Below the pieces are notes generated by a model. That model was not told where the DNA came from. It saw only the letters and a list, made by a program, of their open reading frames with translations, and ran no database searches. 64,000 nt of DNA from Eledone cirrhosa (lineage: Eukaryota), in contig CAXHJY010000096.1 of the NCBI GenBank assembly GCA_964016885.1, positions 124,001 to 188,000 on the forward strand, written 5' to 3'. Below, piece after piece: positions 25,201 through 39,600 of the stretch (its first letter is position 1; each line of letters starts with the position of its first letter). The position numbers and the translations under genes were made by a program.

Positions 25201-28200
25201 AATATTTAAAAAAATTAGGCGGAGATAATTTGTAAAAAAAATCAGGGGGAGATAATTTGTAAAAAAAATCAGGGGGAGATAATTTGTAAAAAAAATCAGG
25301 GGTAGATAATTTGTAAAAAAAAATCAGGGGGAGATAATTTGTAAAAAAAAATCAGGGGGAGATAATTTGTAAAAAAAATCAAGGGGAGATAATTTCCAGC
25401 CGTCCAAGGAGAGATAATTTTAAAAAAAATCAGGCGGAGATAATTTGTAAAAAAAAATCAGGGGGAGATAATTTGTAAAAAAAAATCAGGGGGAGATAAT
25501 TTGTAAAAAAAATCAAGGGGAGATAATTTCCAGCCGTCCAAGGGGAGATAATTTTCAGCCGTCCAAGGGGAGATAATTTCCCGCCAGCCAAGGGAAGATA
25601 ATATTTAAAAAAATCAGGCGGAGATAATTTATAAAAAAAATCAGGGGGAGATAATTTGTAAAAAAAATCAAGGGGTGATAATTTCCAGCCGTCCAAGGGG
25701 AGATAATTTTCAGCCGTCCAAGGGGAGATAATTTCCCGCCAGCCAAGGGAAGATAATTTCTAAAAAAATCAGGCGGAGATTGTAAAAAAAATCAGGGGGG
25801 AGATAATTTGTAAAAAAATCAGGGGGAGATAATTTGTAAAAAATAATCAGAGGGAGATAATTTGTAAAAAAATTCAAGGGGAGATAATTTCCAGCCGTCC
25901 AAGGGAAGATAATTTCCCGCCAGCCAAGGGAAGATAATATTTAAAAAAATTAGGCGGAGATAATTTGTAAAAAAAATCAGGGGGAGATAATTTGTAAAAA
26001 AATCAGGGGGAGATAATTTGTAAAAAAAATCAGGGGGAGATAATTTGTAAAAAAAATTATGGGGAGATAATTTGTAAAAAAAAATCAGGGGTAGATAATT
26101 TGTAAAAAAAAATCAGGGGGAGATAATTTGTAAAAAAAAATCAGGGGGAGATAATTTGTAAAAAAAATCAAGGGGAGATAATATCCAGCCGTCCAAGGAG
26201 AGATAATTTTTAAAAAAAATGAGGCGGAGATAATTTGTAAAAAAAAAATCAGGGGGAGTTAATTTGTAAAAAAAAATGAGGGGGAGATAATTTGTAAAAA
26301 AAATCAAGGGGAGATAATTTCCAGCCGTCCAAGGGGAGATAATTTTCAGCCGTCCAAGGAGAGGTAATTTCTAGCCGTCGAAGGGGAGATAATTTCCAGC
26401 CGTCCAAGGGGAGGTCATTTCCAGCCGTCCAAGGGGAGATAATTTTTAAAAAAAAATCAGGCGGAGATAATTTGTAAAAAAAATCAAGGGGAGATAATTT
26501 GCAGCCGTCCAAGGGGAGATAATTTTCAGTCGTCCAAGGAGAGGTAATTTCTAGCCGTCCAAGGGGAGATAATTTCCAGCCGTCCAAGGGGAGATAATTT
26601 CCAGCCGTCCAAGGGGAGATAATTTTTTTTAAAAAATCAGGCGGAGATAATTTGTAAAAAAAATCAGGGGGAGATAATTTGTAAAAAAAAATCAGGGGGA
26701 GATAATTTGTAAAAAAAATTAGGCGTAGATAATTTGTAAAAAAAAATCAGGGGGAGATAATTTGTAAAAAAAATCAGGGGGAGATAATTTGTTTAAAAAA
26801 TCAAGGGGAGATAATTTGCAGACGTCCAAGGGGAGATAATTTTCAGCCGTCCAAGGAGACGTAATTTCTAGCCGTTCAAGGGGAGATAATTTCCAGCCGT
26901 CCAAGGGGAGATAATTTCCAGCCGTCCAAGGGGAGATAATTTTTTTTAAAAAATCAGGCGGAGATAATTTGTAAAAAAAAATCAGGGGGAGATAATTCGT
27001 AAAAAAAAATCAGGGGGAGATAATTTGTAAAAAAAAATCAGGGGGAGATAATTTGTAAAAAAAATCAAGGGGAGATAATTTCCAGCCGTCCAAGGGGAGG
27101 TAATATCTAGCCGTCCAAGGGGAGATAATTTCCAGCCGTCCAAGGGGAGATAATTTCCAGCCGTCCAAGGGGAGATAATTTCCAGCCGTCCAAGGAGACA
27201 TATTTTCCAGCCGTCCAAGGCGAGGTAATTTCTAGCCGTCCAAGGGGAGATAAATTCCAGCCTCCAAGGGGAGATAATTTCCAGCCAGCCAAGTGGAGAT
27301 AATTTGTAAAAAAATCAGGCGGAGATAATTTGTAAAAAATATGAGGGAGATAATTTGTAAAAAAAAATCAGGGGGAGATAATTTGTAAAAAAAATCAGGG
27401 GGAGATAATTTGTAAAAATAAATCAGGGGGAGATAATTTGTAAAAAAAATCAAGGGGAGATAATTTCCAGCCGTCCAAGGGGAGATAATTTTCAGCCGTC
27501 CAAGGGGAGATAATTTCCCGCCAGCCAAGGGAAGATAATATTTAAAAAAATCAGGCGGAGATAATTTGTAAAAAAAATCAGGGGGAGATAATTTGTAAAA
27601 AAATCAGGGGGAGATAATTTGTAAAAAAAAAATCAGGGGGAGATAATTTGTAAAAAAAATCAGGGGGAGATAATTTGTAAAAAAAAATCAGGGGTAGATA
27701 ATTTGTAAAAAAAAATCAGGGGGAGATAATTTGTAAAAAAAAATCAGGGGGAGATAATTTGTAAAAAAAATCAAGGGGAGATAATATCCAGCCGTCCAAG
27801 GGGAGATAATTTCCAGCCGTCCAAGGGGAGATAATTTCCAGCCGTCCAAGGGGAGATAATTTCCATCCTTCCAAGGGGATATAATTTCCAGCCGTCCAAG
27901 GGGAGATAATTTCCCGCCAGCCAAGGGAAGATAATTTTTAAAAAAATCAGGCGGAGATTGTAAAAAAAATCAGGGGGGAGATAATTTGTAAAAAAATCAG
28001 GGGGAGATAATTTGTTAAAAATAATCAGGGGGAGATAATTTGTAAAAAAATTCAAGGGGAGATAATTTCCAGCCGTCCAAGGGGAGATAATTTCCCGCCA
28101 GCCAAGCGAAGATAATATTTAAAAAAATTAGGCGGAGATAATTTGTAAAAAAAATCAGGGGGAGATAATTTGTAAAAAAATCAGGGGGAGATAATTTGTA

Positions 28201-31100
28201 AAAAAAATCAGGGGGAGATAATTTGTAAAAAAAATCAAGGGGAGATAATTTCCAGCCGTCCAAGGGGAGATAATTTTCAGCCGTCCAAGGGGAGATAATT
28301 TCCCGCCAGCCAAGGGAAGATAATATTTAAAAAAATCAGGCGGAGATAATTTGTAAAAAAAATCAGGGGGAGATAATTTGTAAAAAATTCAGGGGGAGAT
28401 AATTTGTAAAAAAAAAATCAGAGGGAGATAATTTGTAAAAAAAATCAGGGGGAGATAATTTGTAAAAAAAATCAGGGGGAGATAATTTGTAAAAAAAATG
28501 AAAGGGGAGATAATATCCAGCCGTCCAAGGGGAGATAATTTCCAGCCGTCCAAGGGGAGATAATTTCCAGCCGTCCAAGGGGAGATAATTTCCATCCTTC
28601 CAAGGGGATATAATTTCCAGCCGTCCAAGGGGAGATAATTTCGAGCCAAGGGGAGATAATTTCCAGCCGTCCAAGGGGAGATAATTTTTTAAAAAATCAG
28701 GTGGAGATAATTTGTAAAAAAAATCAGGGGGAGATAATTTGTAAAAACAAAATCAAGGGCAGATAATTTCCAGCTGTCCAAGGGGAGATAATTTCCAGCC
28801 GTCCAAGGGGAGATAATTTCCAGCCGTCCAAGGGGAGATAATTTCCATCCTTCCAAGGGGATATAATTTCCAGCCGTCCAAGGGGAGATAATTTCCCGCC
28901 AGCCAAGGGAAGATGAATTTTAAAAAAATCAGGCGGAGATTGTAAAAAAAATCAGGGGGGGAGATAATTTGTAAAAAAATCAGGGGGAGATAATTTGTAA
29001 AAAAAAAATCAGGGGGAGATAATTTGTAAAAAAAAATCAGGGGGAGATAATTTGTGAAAATAAAATCAGGGGGAGATAATTTGTAAAAAAATTAGGCGTA
29101 GATAATTTGTAAAAAAAAATCAGGGGGAGATAATTTGTAAAAAAAAATCAGGGGGAGATAATTTGTTTAAAAAATCAAGGGGAGATAATTTGCAGCCGTC
29201 CAAGGGGAGATAATTTTCAGCCGTCCAAGGAGAGGTAATTTCTAGCCGTTCAAGGGGAGATAATTTCCAGCCGTCCAAGGGGAAATAATTTCCAGCCGTC
29301 CAAGGGGAGATAATTTTTTTAAAAAAATCAGGCGGAGATAATTTGTAAAAAAAATCAGGGGGAGATAATTCGTAAAAAAAAATCAGGGGGAGATAATTTG
29401 TAAAAAAAAATCAGGGGGAGATAATTTGTAAAAAAAATCAAGGGGAGATAATTTCCAGCCGTCCAAGGGGAGGTAATATCTAGCCGTCCAAGGGGAGATA
29501 ATTTCCAGCCGTCCAAGGGGAGATAATTTTTTTAAAAAAATCAGGCGGAGATAATTTGTAAAAAAAATCAGGGGGAGATAATTTGTAAACAAAATTAGGG
29601 GGAGATAATTTGTAAAAAAAAATCAGGGGGAGATAATTTGTAAAAAAAATTAGGCGTAGATAATTTGTAAAAAAAAATCAGGGGAGATAATTTGTAAAAA
29701 AAAATCAGGGGGAGATAATTTGTTTAAAAAATCAAGGGGAGATAATTTGCAGCCGTCCAAGGGGAGATAATTTTCAGCCGTCCAAGGAGAGGTAATTTCT
29801 AGCCGTTCAAGAGGAGATAATTTCCAGCCGTCCAAGGGGAGATAATTTCCAGCCGTCCAAGGGGAGATCATTTTTTTTAAATAATCAGGCGGAGATAATT
29901 TGTAAAAAAAAATCAGGGGGAGACAATTCGTAAAAAAAAATCAGGGGGAGATAATTTGTAAAAAAAATCAAGGAGAGATAATTTCCAGCCGTCCAAGGGG
30001 AGATAATTTCCAGCCGTCCAAGGAGACATATTTTCCAGCCGTCCAAGGCGAGGTAATTTCTAGCCGTCCAAGGGGAGATAAATTCCAGCCTCCAAGGGGA
30101 GATAATTTCCAGCCAGCCAAGTGGAGATAATTTGTAAAAAAATCAGGGGGAGATAATTTGTAAAAAATATCAGGGAGATAATTTGTAAAAAAAAATCAGG
30201 GGGAGATAATTTGTAAAAAAAATCAAGGGGAGATAATTTCCAGCCGTCCAAGGGGAGATAATTTTCAGCCGTCCAAGGGGAGATAATTTCCCGCCAGCCA
30301 AGGGAAGATAATATTTAAAAAAATTAGGCGGAGATAATTTGTAAAAAAATCAGGGGGAGATAATTTGTAAAAAAATCAGGGGGAGATAATTTGTAAAAAA
30401 AATCAGGGGGAGATAATTTGTAAAAAAAATCATGGGGAGATAATTTGTAAAAAAAAATCAGGGGTAGATAATTTGTAAAAAAGATCAAGGGGAGATAATT
30501 TCAGCCGTCCAAGGAGAGATAATTTTAAAAAAAATCAGGCGGAGATAATTTGTAAAAAAAAATCAGGGGGAGATAATTTGTAAAAAATAATCAGGGGGAG
30601 ATAATTTCCAGCCGTCCAAGGGGAGATAATTTTCAGCCGTCCAAGGGGAGATAATTTCCCGCCAGCCAAGGGAAGATAATATTTAAAAAAATTAGGCGGA
30701 GATAATTTGTAAAAAAAATCAGGGGGAGATAATTTGTAAAAAAAATCAGGGGGAGATAATTTGTAAAAAAAATCAGGGGTAGATAATTTGTAAAAAAAAA
30801 TCAGGGGGAGATAATTTGTAAAAAAAAATCAGGGGGAGATAATTTGTAAAAAAAATCAAGGGGAGATAATTTCCAGCCGTCCAAGGAGAGATAATTTTTA
30901 AAAAAATCAGGCGGAGATAATTTGTAAAAAAAAATCAGGGGGAGATAATTTGTAAAAAAAAATCAGGGGGAGATAATTTGTAAAAAAAATCAAGGGGAGA
31001 TAATTTCCAGCCGTCCAAGGGGAGATAATTTTCAGCCGTCCAAGGGGAGATAATTTCCCGCCAGCCAAGGGAAGATAATATTTAAAAAAATCAGGCGGAG
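15580..31100 (+). repeat. Three tandem copies of a 5.1-5.5 kb HOR (offsets 5,083 and 5,533/5,532 bp)
   Basis: ORF series 15633/20716/26249, 16366/21449/26982, 17748/22831/28363, 18109/23192/28724 and 19035/24118/29650. The marker TTTCGAGCCAA occurs once per copy (about 18024, 23107, 28639). Confidence 0.88.
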
Positions 31101-33650
31101 ATAATTTATAAAAAAAATCAGGGGGAGATAATTTGTAAAAAAATCAGGGGGAGATAATTTGTAAAAAAAAAATCAGGGGGAGATAATTTGTAAAAAAAAT
31201 CAGAGGGAGATAATTTGTAAAAAAAAATCAGGGGTAGATAATTTGTAAAAAAAAATCAGGGGGAGATAATTTGTAAAAAAAAATCAGGGGGAGATAATTT
31301 GTAAAAAATAATCAGGGGGAGATAATTTGTAAAAAAAATCAAGGGGAGATAATTTCCAGCCGTCCAAGGGGAGATAATTTTCAGCCGTCCAAGGGGAGAT
31401 AATTTCCCGCCAGCCAAGGGAAGATAATATTTAAAAAAATTAGGCGGAGATAATTTGTAAAAAAAATCAGGGGGAGATAATTTGTAAAAAAATCAGGGGG
31501 AGATAATTTGTAAAAAAAATCAGGGGGAGATAATTTGTAAAAAAAATCAGGGGGGAGATAATTTGTAAAAAAAAATCAGGGGTAGATAATTTGTAAAAAA
31601 AAATCAGGGGGAGATAATTTGTAAAAAAAATCAAGGGGAGATAATTTCCAGCCGTCGAAGGGAAGATAATTTCCAGCCCTCCAAGGGGCTATAATTTCCA
31701 GCGTCCAAGGGGAGATAATTTCCAGCCAGCGAAGGGGAGATAATTTTTTTTAAAAAATCATTGGGAGATTTGTAAAAAAATCAGGGGGAGATAATTTGTA
31801 AAAAAAATCAAGGAGAGATAATTTCCAGCCGTCCAAGGGGAGGTAATATCTAGCCGTCCAAGGGGAGATAATTTCCAGCCGTCCAAGGGGAGATAATTTC
31901 CAGCCGTCCAAGGGTAGATAATATCCAGCCGTCCAAGGACATATTTTCCAGCCGTCCAAGGAAAGGTAATTTCTAGCCGTCCAAGGGGAGATAAATTCCA
32001 GCCTCCAAGGGGAGATAATTTCCAGCCAGCCAAGGGGAGATAATTTGTAAAAAAATCAGGGGGAGATAATTTGTAAAAAAAAATCAAGGGGAGATAATTT
32101 GTAAAAAAAAATCAGGGGGAGATAATTTGTAAAAAAAAATCAGGGGGAGATAATTTGTAAAAAAAATCAGGGGGAGATAATTTGTAAAAAAAATCAGGGG
32201 TAGATAATTTGTAAAAAAAAATCAGGGGGAGATAATTTGTAAAAAAAAATCAGGGGGAGATAATTTGTAAAAAAAATCAAGGGGAGATAATTTCCAGCCG
32301 TCCAAGGAGAGATAATTTTAAAAAAAATCAGGCGGAGATAATTTGTAAAAAAAAATCAGGGGGAGATAATTTGTAAAAAAAAATCAGGGGGAGATAATTT
32401 GTAAAAAAAATCAGGGGAGATAATTTATAAAAAAAATCAGGGGGAGATAATTTGTAAAAAAATCAGGGGGAGATAATTTGTAAAAAAAAAATCAGGGGGA
32501 GATAATTTGTAAAAAAAATCAGAGGGAGATAATTTGTAAAAAAAAATCAGGGGTAGATAATTTGTAAAAAAAAATCAGGGGGAGATAATTTGTAAAAAAA
32601 AATCAGGGGGAGATAATTTGTAAAAAATAATCAGGGGGAGATAATTTGTAAAAAAAATCAAGGGGAGATAATTTCCAGCCGTCCAAGGGGAGATAATTTT
32701 CAGCCGTCCAAGGGGAGATAATTTCCCGCCAGCCAAGGGAAGATAATATTTAAAAAAATTAGGCGGAGATAATTTGTAAAAAAAATCAGGGGGAGATAAT
32801 TTGTAAAAAAATCAGGGGGAGATAATTTGTAAAAAAAATCAGGGGGAGATAATTTGTAAAAAAAATCAGGGGGGAGATAATTTGTAAAAAAAAATCAGGG
32901 GTAGATAATTTGTAAAAAAAAATCAGGGGGAGATAATTTGTAAAAAAAATCAAGGGGAGATAATTTCCAGCCGTCGAAGGGAAGATAATTTCCAGCCCTC
33001 CAAGGGGCTATAATTTCCAGCGTCCAAGGGGAGATAATTTCCAGCCAGCGAAGGGGAGATAATTTTTTTTAAAAAATCATTGGGAGATTTGTAAAAAAAT
33101 CAGGGGGAGATAATTTGTAAAAAAAATCAAGGAGAGATAATTTCCAGCCGTCCAAGGGGAGGTAATATCTAGCCGTCCAAGGGGAGATAATTTCCAGCCG
33201 TCCAAGGGGAGATAATTTCCAGCCGTCCAAGGGTAGATAATATCCAGCCGTCCAAGGACATATTTTCCAGCCGTCCAAGGAAAGGTAATTTCTAGCCGTC
33301 CAAGGGGAGATAAATTCCAGCCTCCAAGGGGAGATAATTTCCAGCCAGCCAAGGGGAGATAATTTGTAAAAAAATCAGGGGGAGATAATTTGTAAAAAAA
33401 AATCAGGGGGAGATAATTTGTAAAAAAAAATCAGGGGGAGATAATTTGTAAAAAAAAATCAGGGGGAGATAATTTGTAAAAAAAATCAGGGGTAGATAAT
33501 TTGTAAAAAAAAATCAGGGGGAGATAATTTGTAAAAAAAAATCAGGGGGAGATAATTTGTAAAAAAAATCAAGGGGAGATAATTTCCAGCCGTCCAAGGA
33601 GAGATAATTTAAAAAAAAATCAGGCGGAGATAATTTGTAAAAAAAAATCA
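31100..33650 (+). repeat. About 1,319-bp tandem sub-repeat rich in type B, copy set 1
   Basis: ORFs 31750/33069. The markers CCGTCGAAGGGAAG, ATCATTGGGAG and GGAAAGGTAA each recur at +1319. Confidence 0.85.
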
Positions 33651-36600
33651 GGGGGAGATAATTTGTAAAAAAAAATCAGGGGGAGATAATTTGTAAAATA
33701 AATCAAGGGGAGATAATTTCCAGCCGTCCAAGGGGAGATAATTTTCAGCCGTCCAAGGGGAGATAATTTCCCGCCAGCCAAGGGAAGATAATATTTAAAA
33801 AAATCAGGCGGAGATAATTTATAAAAAAAATCAGGGGGAGATAATTTGTAAAAAAATCAGGGGGAGATAATTTGTAAAAAAAAAATCAGGGGGAGATAAT
33901 TTGTAAAAAAAATCAGGGGGAGATAATTTGTAAAAAAAAATCAGGGGTAGATAATTTGTAAAAAAAAATCAGGGGGAGATAATTTGTAAAAAAAATCAGG
34001 GGGAGATAATTTGTAAAAAAAAATCAGGGGTAGATAATTTGTAAAAAAAAATCAGGGGGAGATAATTTGTAAAAAAAATCAAGGGGAGATAATTTCCAGC
34101 CGTCCAAGGGAAGATAATTTCCAGCCCTCCAAGGGGCTATAATTTCCAGCGTCCAAGGGGAGATAATTTCCAGCCAGCGAAGGGGAGATAATTTTTTTAA
34201 AAATATCATTGGGAGATTTGTAAAAAAAATCAGGGGGAGATAATTTGTAAAAAAAATCAAGGGGAGATAATTTCCAGCCGTCCAAGGGGAGGTAATATCT
34301 AGCCGTCCAAGGGGAGATAATTTCCAGCCGTCCAAGGGGAGATAATTTCCAGCCGTCCAAGGGTAGATAATATCCAGCCGTCCAAGGACATATTTTCCAG
34401 CCGTCCAAGGAGAGGTAATTTCTAGCCGTCCAAGGGGAGATAAATTCCAGCCTCCAAGGGGAGATAATTTCCAGCCAGCCAAGGGGAGATAATTTGTAAA
34501 TAAATCAGGGGGAGATAATTTGTAAAAAAAATCAGGGGGAGATAATTTGTAAAAAAAAATCAGGGGGAGATAATTTGTAAAAAAAAATCAGGGGGAGATA
34601 ATTTGTAAAAAAAAATCAGGGGGAGATAATTTGTAAAAAAAATCAAGGGGAGATAATTTCCAGCCGTCCAAGGGGAGATAATTTTCAGCCGTCCAAGGGG
34701 AGATAATTTCCCGCCAGCCAAGGGAAGATAATATTTAAAAAAATCAGGCGGAGATAATTTGTAAAAAAAATCAGGGGGAGATAATTTATAAAAAATTCAG
34801 GGGGAGATAATTTGGAAAAAAAAAAATCAGGGGGAGATAATTTGTAAAAAAAATCAGGGGGAGATAATTTGTAAAAAAAAATCAGGGCTAGATAATTTGT
34901 AAAAAAAATCAGGGGGAGATAATTTGTAAAAAAAATGAAAGGGGAGATAATATCCAGCCGTCCAAGGGGAGATAATTTCCAGCCGTCCAAGGGGAGATAA
35001 TTTCCAGCCGTCCAAGGGGAGATAATTTCCATCCTTCCAAGGGGATATAATTTCCAGCCGTCCAAGGGGAGATAATTTCCAGCCGTCCAAGGGGAGGTAA
35101 TATCTAGCCGTCCAAGGGGAGATAATTTCCAGCCGTCCAAGGGGAGATAATTTTTTTTAAAAAATCAGGCGGAGATAATTTGTAAAAAAAATCAGGGGGA
35201 GATAATTTGTAAACAAAATCAGGGGGAGATAATTTGTAAAAAAAAATCAGGGGGAGATAATTTGTAAAAAAAATTAGGCGTAGATAATTTGTAAAAAAAA
35301 ATCAGGGGGAGATAATTTGTAAAAAAAAATCAGAGGGAGATAATTTGTTTAAAAAATCAAGGGGAGATAATTTGCAGCCGTCCAAGGGGAGATAATTTTC
35401 AGCCGTCCAAGGAGAGGTAATTTCTAGCCGTTCAAGGGGAGATAATTTCCAGCCGTCCAAGGGGAGATAATTTCCAGCCGTCCAAGGGGAGATAATTTTT
35501 TTTTAAAAATCAGGCGGAGATAATTTGTAAAAAAAAATCAGGGGGAGATAATTCGTAAAAAAAAATCAGGGGGAGATAATTTGTAAAAGAAATCAAGGAG
35601 AGATAATTTCCAGCCGTCCAAGGGGAGATAATTTCCAGCCGTCCAAGGAGACATATTTTCCAGCCGTCCAAGGCGAGGTAATTTCTAGCCGTCCAAGGGG
35701 AGATAAATTCCAGCCTCCAAGGGGAGATAATTTCCAGCCAGCCAAGTGGAGATAATTTGTAAAAAAATCAGGGGGAGATAATTTGTAAAAAATATCAGGG
35801 AGATAATTTGTAAAAAAAAATCAGGGGGAGATAATTTGTAAAAAAAATCAGGGGGAGATAATTTGTAAAAAAAAATCAGGGGGAGATAATTTGTAAAAAA
35901 AATCAAGGGGTGATAATTTCCAGCCGTCCAAGGGGAGATAATTTTCAGCCGTCCAAGGGGAGATAATTTCCCGCCAGCCAAGGGAAGATAATTTCTAAAA
36001 AAATCAGGCGGAGATTGTAAAAAAAATCAGGGAGGAGATAATTTGTAAAAAAATCAGGGGGAGATAATTTGTAAAAAATAATCAGAGGGAGATAATTTGT
36101 AAAAAAATTCAAGGGGAGATAATTTCCAGCCGTCCAAGGGAAGATAATTTCCCGCCAGCCAAGGGAAGATAATATTTAAAAAAATTAGGCGGAGATAATT
36201 TGTAAAAAAAATCAGGGGGAGATAATTTGTAAAAAAATCAGGGGGAGTTAATTTGTAAAAAAAATCAGGGGGAGATAATTTGTAAAAAAAATTATGGGGA
36301 GATAATTTGTAAAAAAAAATCAGGGGTAGATAATTTGTAAAAAAAAATCAGGGGGAGATAATTTGTAAAAAAAAATCAGGGGGAGATAATTTGTAAAAAA
36401 AATCAAGGGGAGATAATATCCAGCCGTCCAAGGAGAGATAATTTTTAAAAAAAATGAGGCGGAGATAATTTGTAAAAAAAAAATCAGGGGGAGTTAATTT
36501 GTAAAAAAAAATGAGGGGGAGATAATTTGTAAAAAAAATCAAGGGTAGATAATTTCCAGCCGTCCAAGGGGAGATAATTTTCAGCCGTCCAAGGAGAGGT

Positions 36601-39600
36601 AATTTCTAGCCGTCGAAGGGGAGATAATTTCCAGCCGTCCAAGGGGAGGTCATTTCCAGCCGTCCAAGGGGAGATAATTTTAAAAAAAAAATCAGGCGGA
36701 GATAATTTGTAAAAAAAATCAAGGGGAGATAATTTGCAGCCGTCCAAGGGGAGATAATTTTCAGTCGTCCAAGGAGAGGTAATTTCTAGCCGTCCAAGGG
36801 GAGATAATTTCCAGCCGTCCAAGGGGAGATAATTTCCAGCCGTCCAAGGGGAGATAATTTTTTTTAAAAAATCAGGCGGAGATAATTTGTAAAAAAAATC
36901 AGGGGGAGATAATTTGTAAAAAAAAATCAGGGGGAGATAATTTGTAAAAAAAATTAGGCGTAGATAATTTGTAAAAAAAAATCAGGGGGAGATAATTTGT
37001 AAAAAAAATCAGGGGGAGATAATTTGTTTAAAAAATCAAGGGGAGATAATTTGCAGACGTCCAAGGGGAGATAATTTTCAGCCGTCCAAGGAGACGTAAT
37101 TTCTAGCCGTTCAAGGGGAGATAATTTCCAGCCGTCCAAGGGGAGATAATTTCCAGCCGTCCAAGGGGAGATAATTTTTTTTAAAAAATCAGGCGGAGAT
37201 AATTTGTAAAAAAAAATCAGGGGGAGATAATTCGTAAAAAAAAATCAGGGGGAGATAATTTGTAAAAAAAAATCAGGGGGAGATAATTTGTAAAAAAAAT
37301 CAAGGGGAGATAATTTCCAGCCGTCCAAGGGGAGGTAATATCTAGCCGTCCAAGGGGAGATAATTTCCAGCCGTCCAAGGGGAGATAATTTCCAGCCGTC
37401 CAAGGGGAGATAATTTCCAGCCGTCCAAGGAGACATATTTTCCAGCCGTCCAAGGCGAGGTAATTTCTAGCCGTCCAAGGGGAGATAAATTCCAGCCTCC
37501 AAGGGGAGATAATTTCCAGCCAGCCAAGTGGAGATAATTTGTAAAAAAATCAGGGGGAGATAATTTGTAAAAAATATGAGGGAGATAATTTGTAAAAAAA
37601 AATCAGGGGGAGATAATTTGTAAAAAAAATCAGGGGGAGATAATTTGTAAAAATAAATCAGGGGGAGATAATTTGTAAAAAAAATCAAGGGGAGATAATT
37701 TCCAGCCGTCCAAGGGGAGATAATTTTCAGCCGTCCAAGGGGAGATAATTTCCCGCCAGCCAAGGGAAGATAATATTTAAAAAAATCAGGCGGAGATAAT
37801 TTGTAAAAAAAATCAGGGGGAGATAATTTGTAAAAAAATCAGGGGGAGATAATTTGTAAAAAAAAAATCAGGGGGAGATAATTTGTAAAAAAAATCAGGG
37901 GGAGATAATTTGTAAAAAAAAATCAGGGGTAGATAATTTGTAAAAAAAAATCAGGGGGAGATAATTTGTAAAAAAAAATCAGGGGGAGATAATTTGTAAA
38001 AAAAATGAAAGGGGAGATAATATCCAGCCGTCCAAGGGGAGATAATTTCCAGCCGTCCAAGGGGAGATAATTTCCAGCCGTCCAAGGGGAGATAATTTCC
38101 ATCCTTCCAAGGGGATATAATTTCCAGCCGTCCAAGGGGAGATAATTTCCCGCCAGCCAAGGGAAGATAATTTTTAAAAAAATCAGGCGGAGATTGTAAA
38201 AAAAATCAGGGGGGAGATAATTTGTAAAAAAATCAGGGGGAGATAATTTGTTAAAAATAATCAGGGGGAGATAATTTGTAAAAAAATTCAAGGGGAGATA
38301 ATTTCCAGCCGTCCAAGGGGAGATAATTTCCCGCCAGCCAAGGGAAGATAATATTTAAAAAAATTAGGCGGAGATAATTTGTAAAAAAAATCAGGGGGAG
38401 ATAATTTGTAAAAAAATCAGGGGGAGATAATTTGTAAAAAAAATCAGGGGGAGATAATTTGTAAAAAAAATCAAGGGGAGATAATTTCCAGCCGTCCAAG
38501 GGGAGATAATTTTCAGCCGTCCAAGGGGAGATAATTTCCCGCCAGCCAAGGGAAGATAATATTTAAAAAAATCAGGCGGAGATAATTTGTAAAAAAAATC
38601 AGGGGGAGATAATTTGTAAAAAATTCAGGGGGAGATAATTTGTAAAAAAAAAATCAGAGGGAGATAATTTGTAAAAAAAATCAGGGGGAGATAATTTGTA
38701 AAAAAAATCAGGGGGAGATAATTTGTAAAAAAAATGAAAGGGGAGATAATATCCAGCCGTCCAAGGGGAGATAATTTCCAGCCGTCCAAGGGGAGATAAT
38801 TTCCAGCCGTCCAAGGGGAGATAATTTCCATCCTTCCAAGGGGATATAATTTCCAGCCGTCCAAGGGGAGATAATTTCGAGCCAAGGGGAGATAATTTCC
38901 AGCCGTCCAAGGGGAGATAATTTTTTAAAAAATCAGGTGGAGATAATTTGTAAAAAAAATCAGGGGGAGATAATTTGTAAAAACAAAATCAAGGGCAGAT
39001 AATTTCCAGCCGTCCAAGGGGAGATAATTTCCAGCCGTCCAAGGGGAGATAATTTCCATCCTTCCAAGGGGATATAATTTCCAGCCGTCCAAGGGGAGAT
39101 AATTTCCCGCCAGCCAAGGGAAGATGAATTTTAAAAAAATCAGGCGGAGATTGTAAAAAAAATCAGGGGGGGAGATAATTTGTAAAAAAATCAGGGGGAG
39201 ATAATTTGTAAAAAAAAAATCAGGGGGAGATAATTTGTAAAAAAAAATCAGGGGGAGATAATTTGTGAAAAAAAAATCAGGGGGAGATAATTTGTAAAAA
39301 AATTAGGCGTAGATAATTTGTAAAAAAAAATCAGGGGGAGATAATTTGTAAAAAAAAATCAGGGGGAGATAATTTGTTTAAAAAATCAAGGGGAGATAAT
39401 TTGCAGCCGTCCAAGGGGAGATAATTTTCAGCCGTCCAAGGAGAGGTAATTTCTAGCCGTTCAAGGGGAGATAATTTCCAGCCGTCCAAGGGGAAATAAT
39501 TTCCAGCCGTCCAAGGGGAGATAATTTTTTTAAAAAAATCAGGCGGAGATAATTTGTAAAAAAAATCAGGGGGAGATAATTCGTAAAAAAAAATCAGGGG

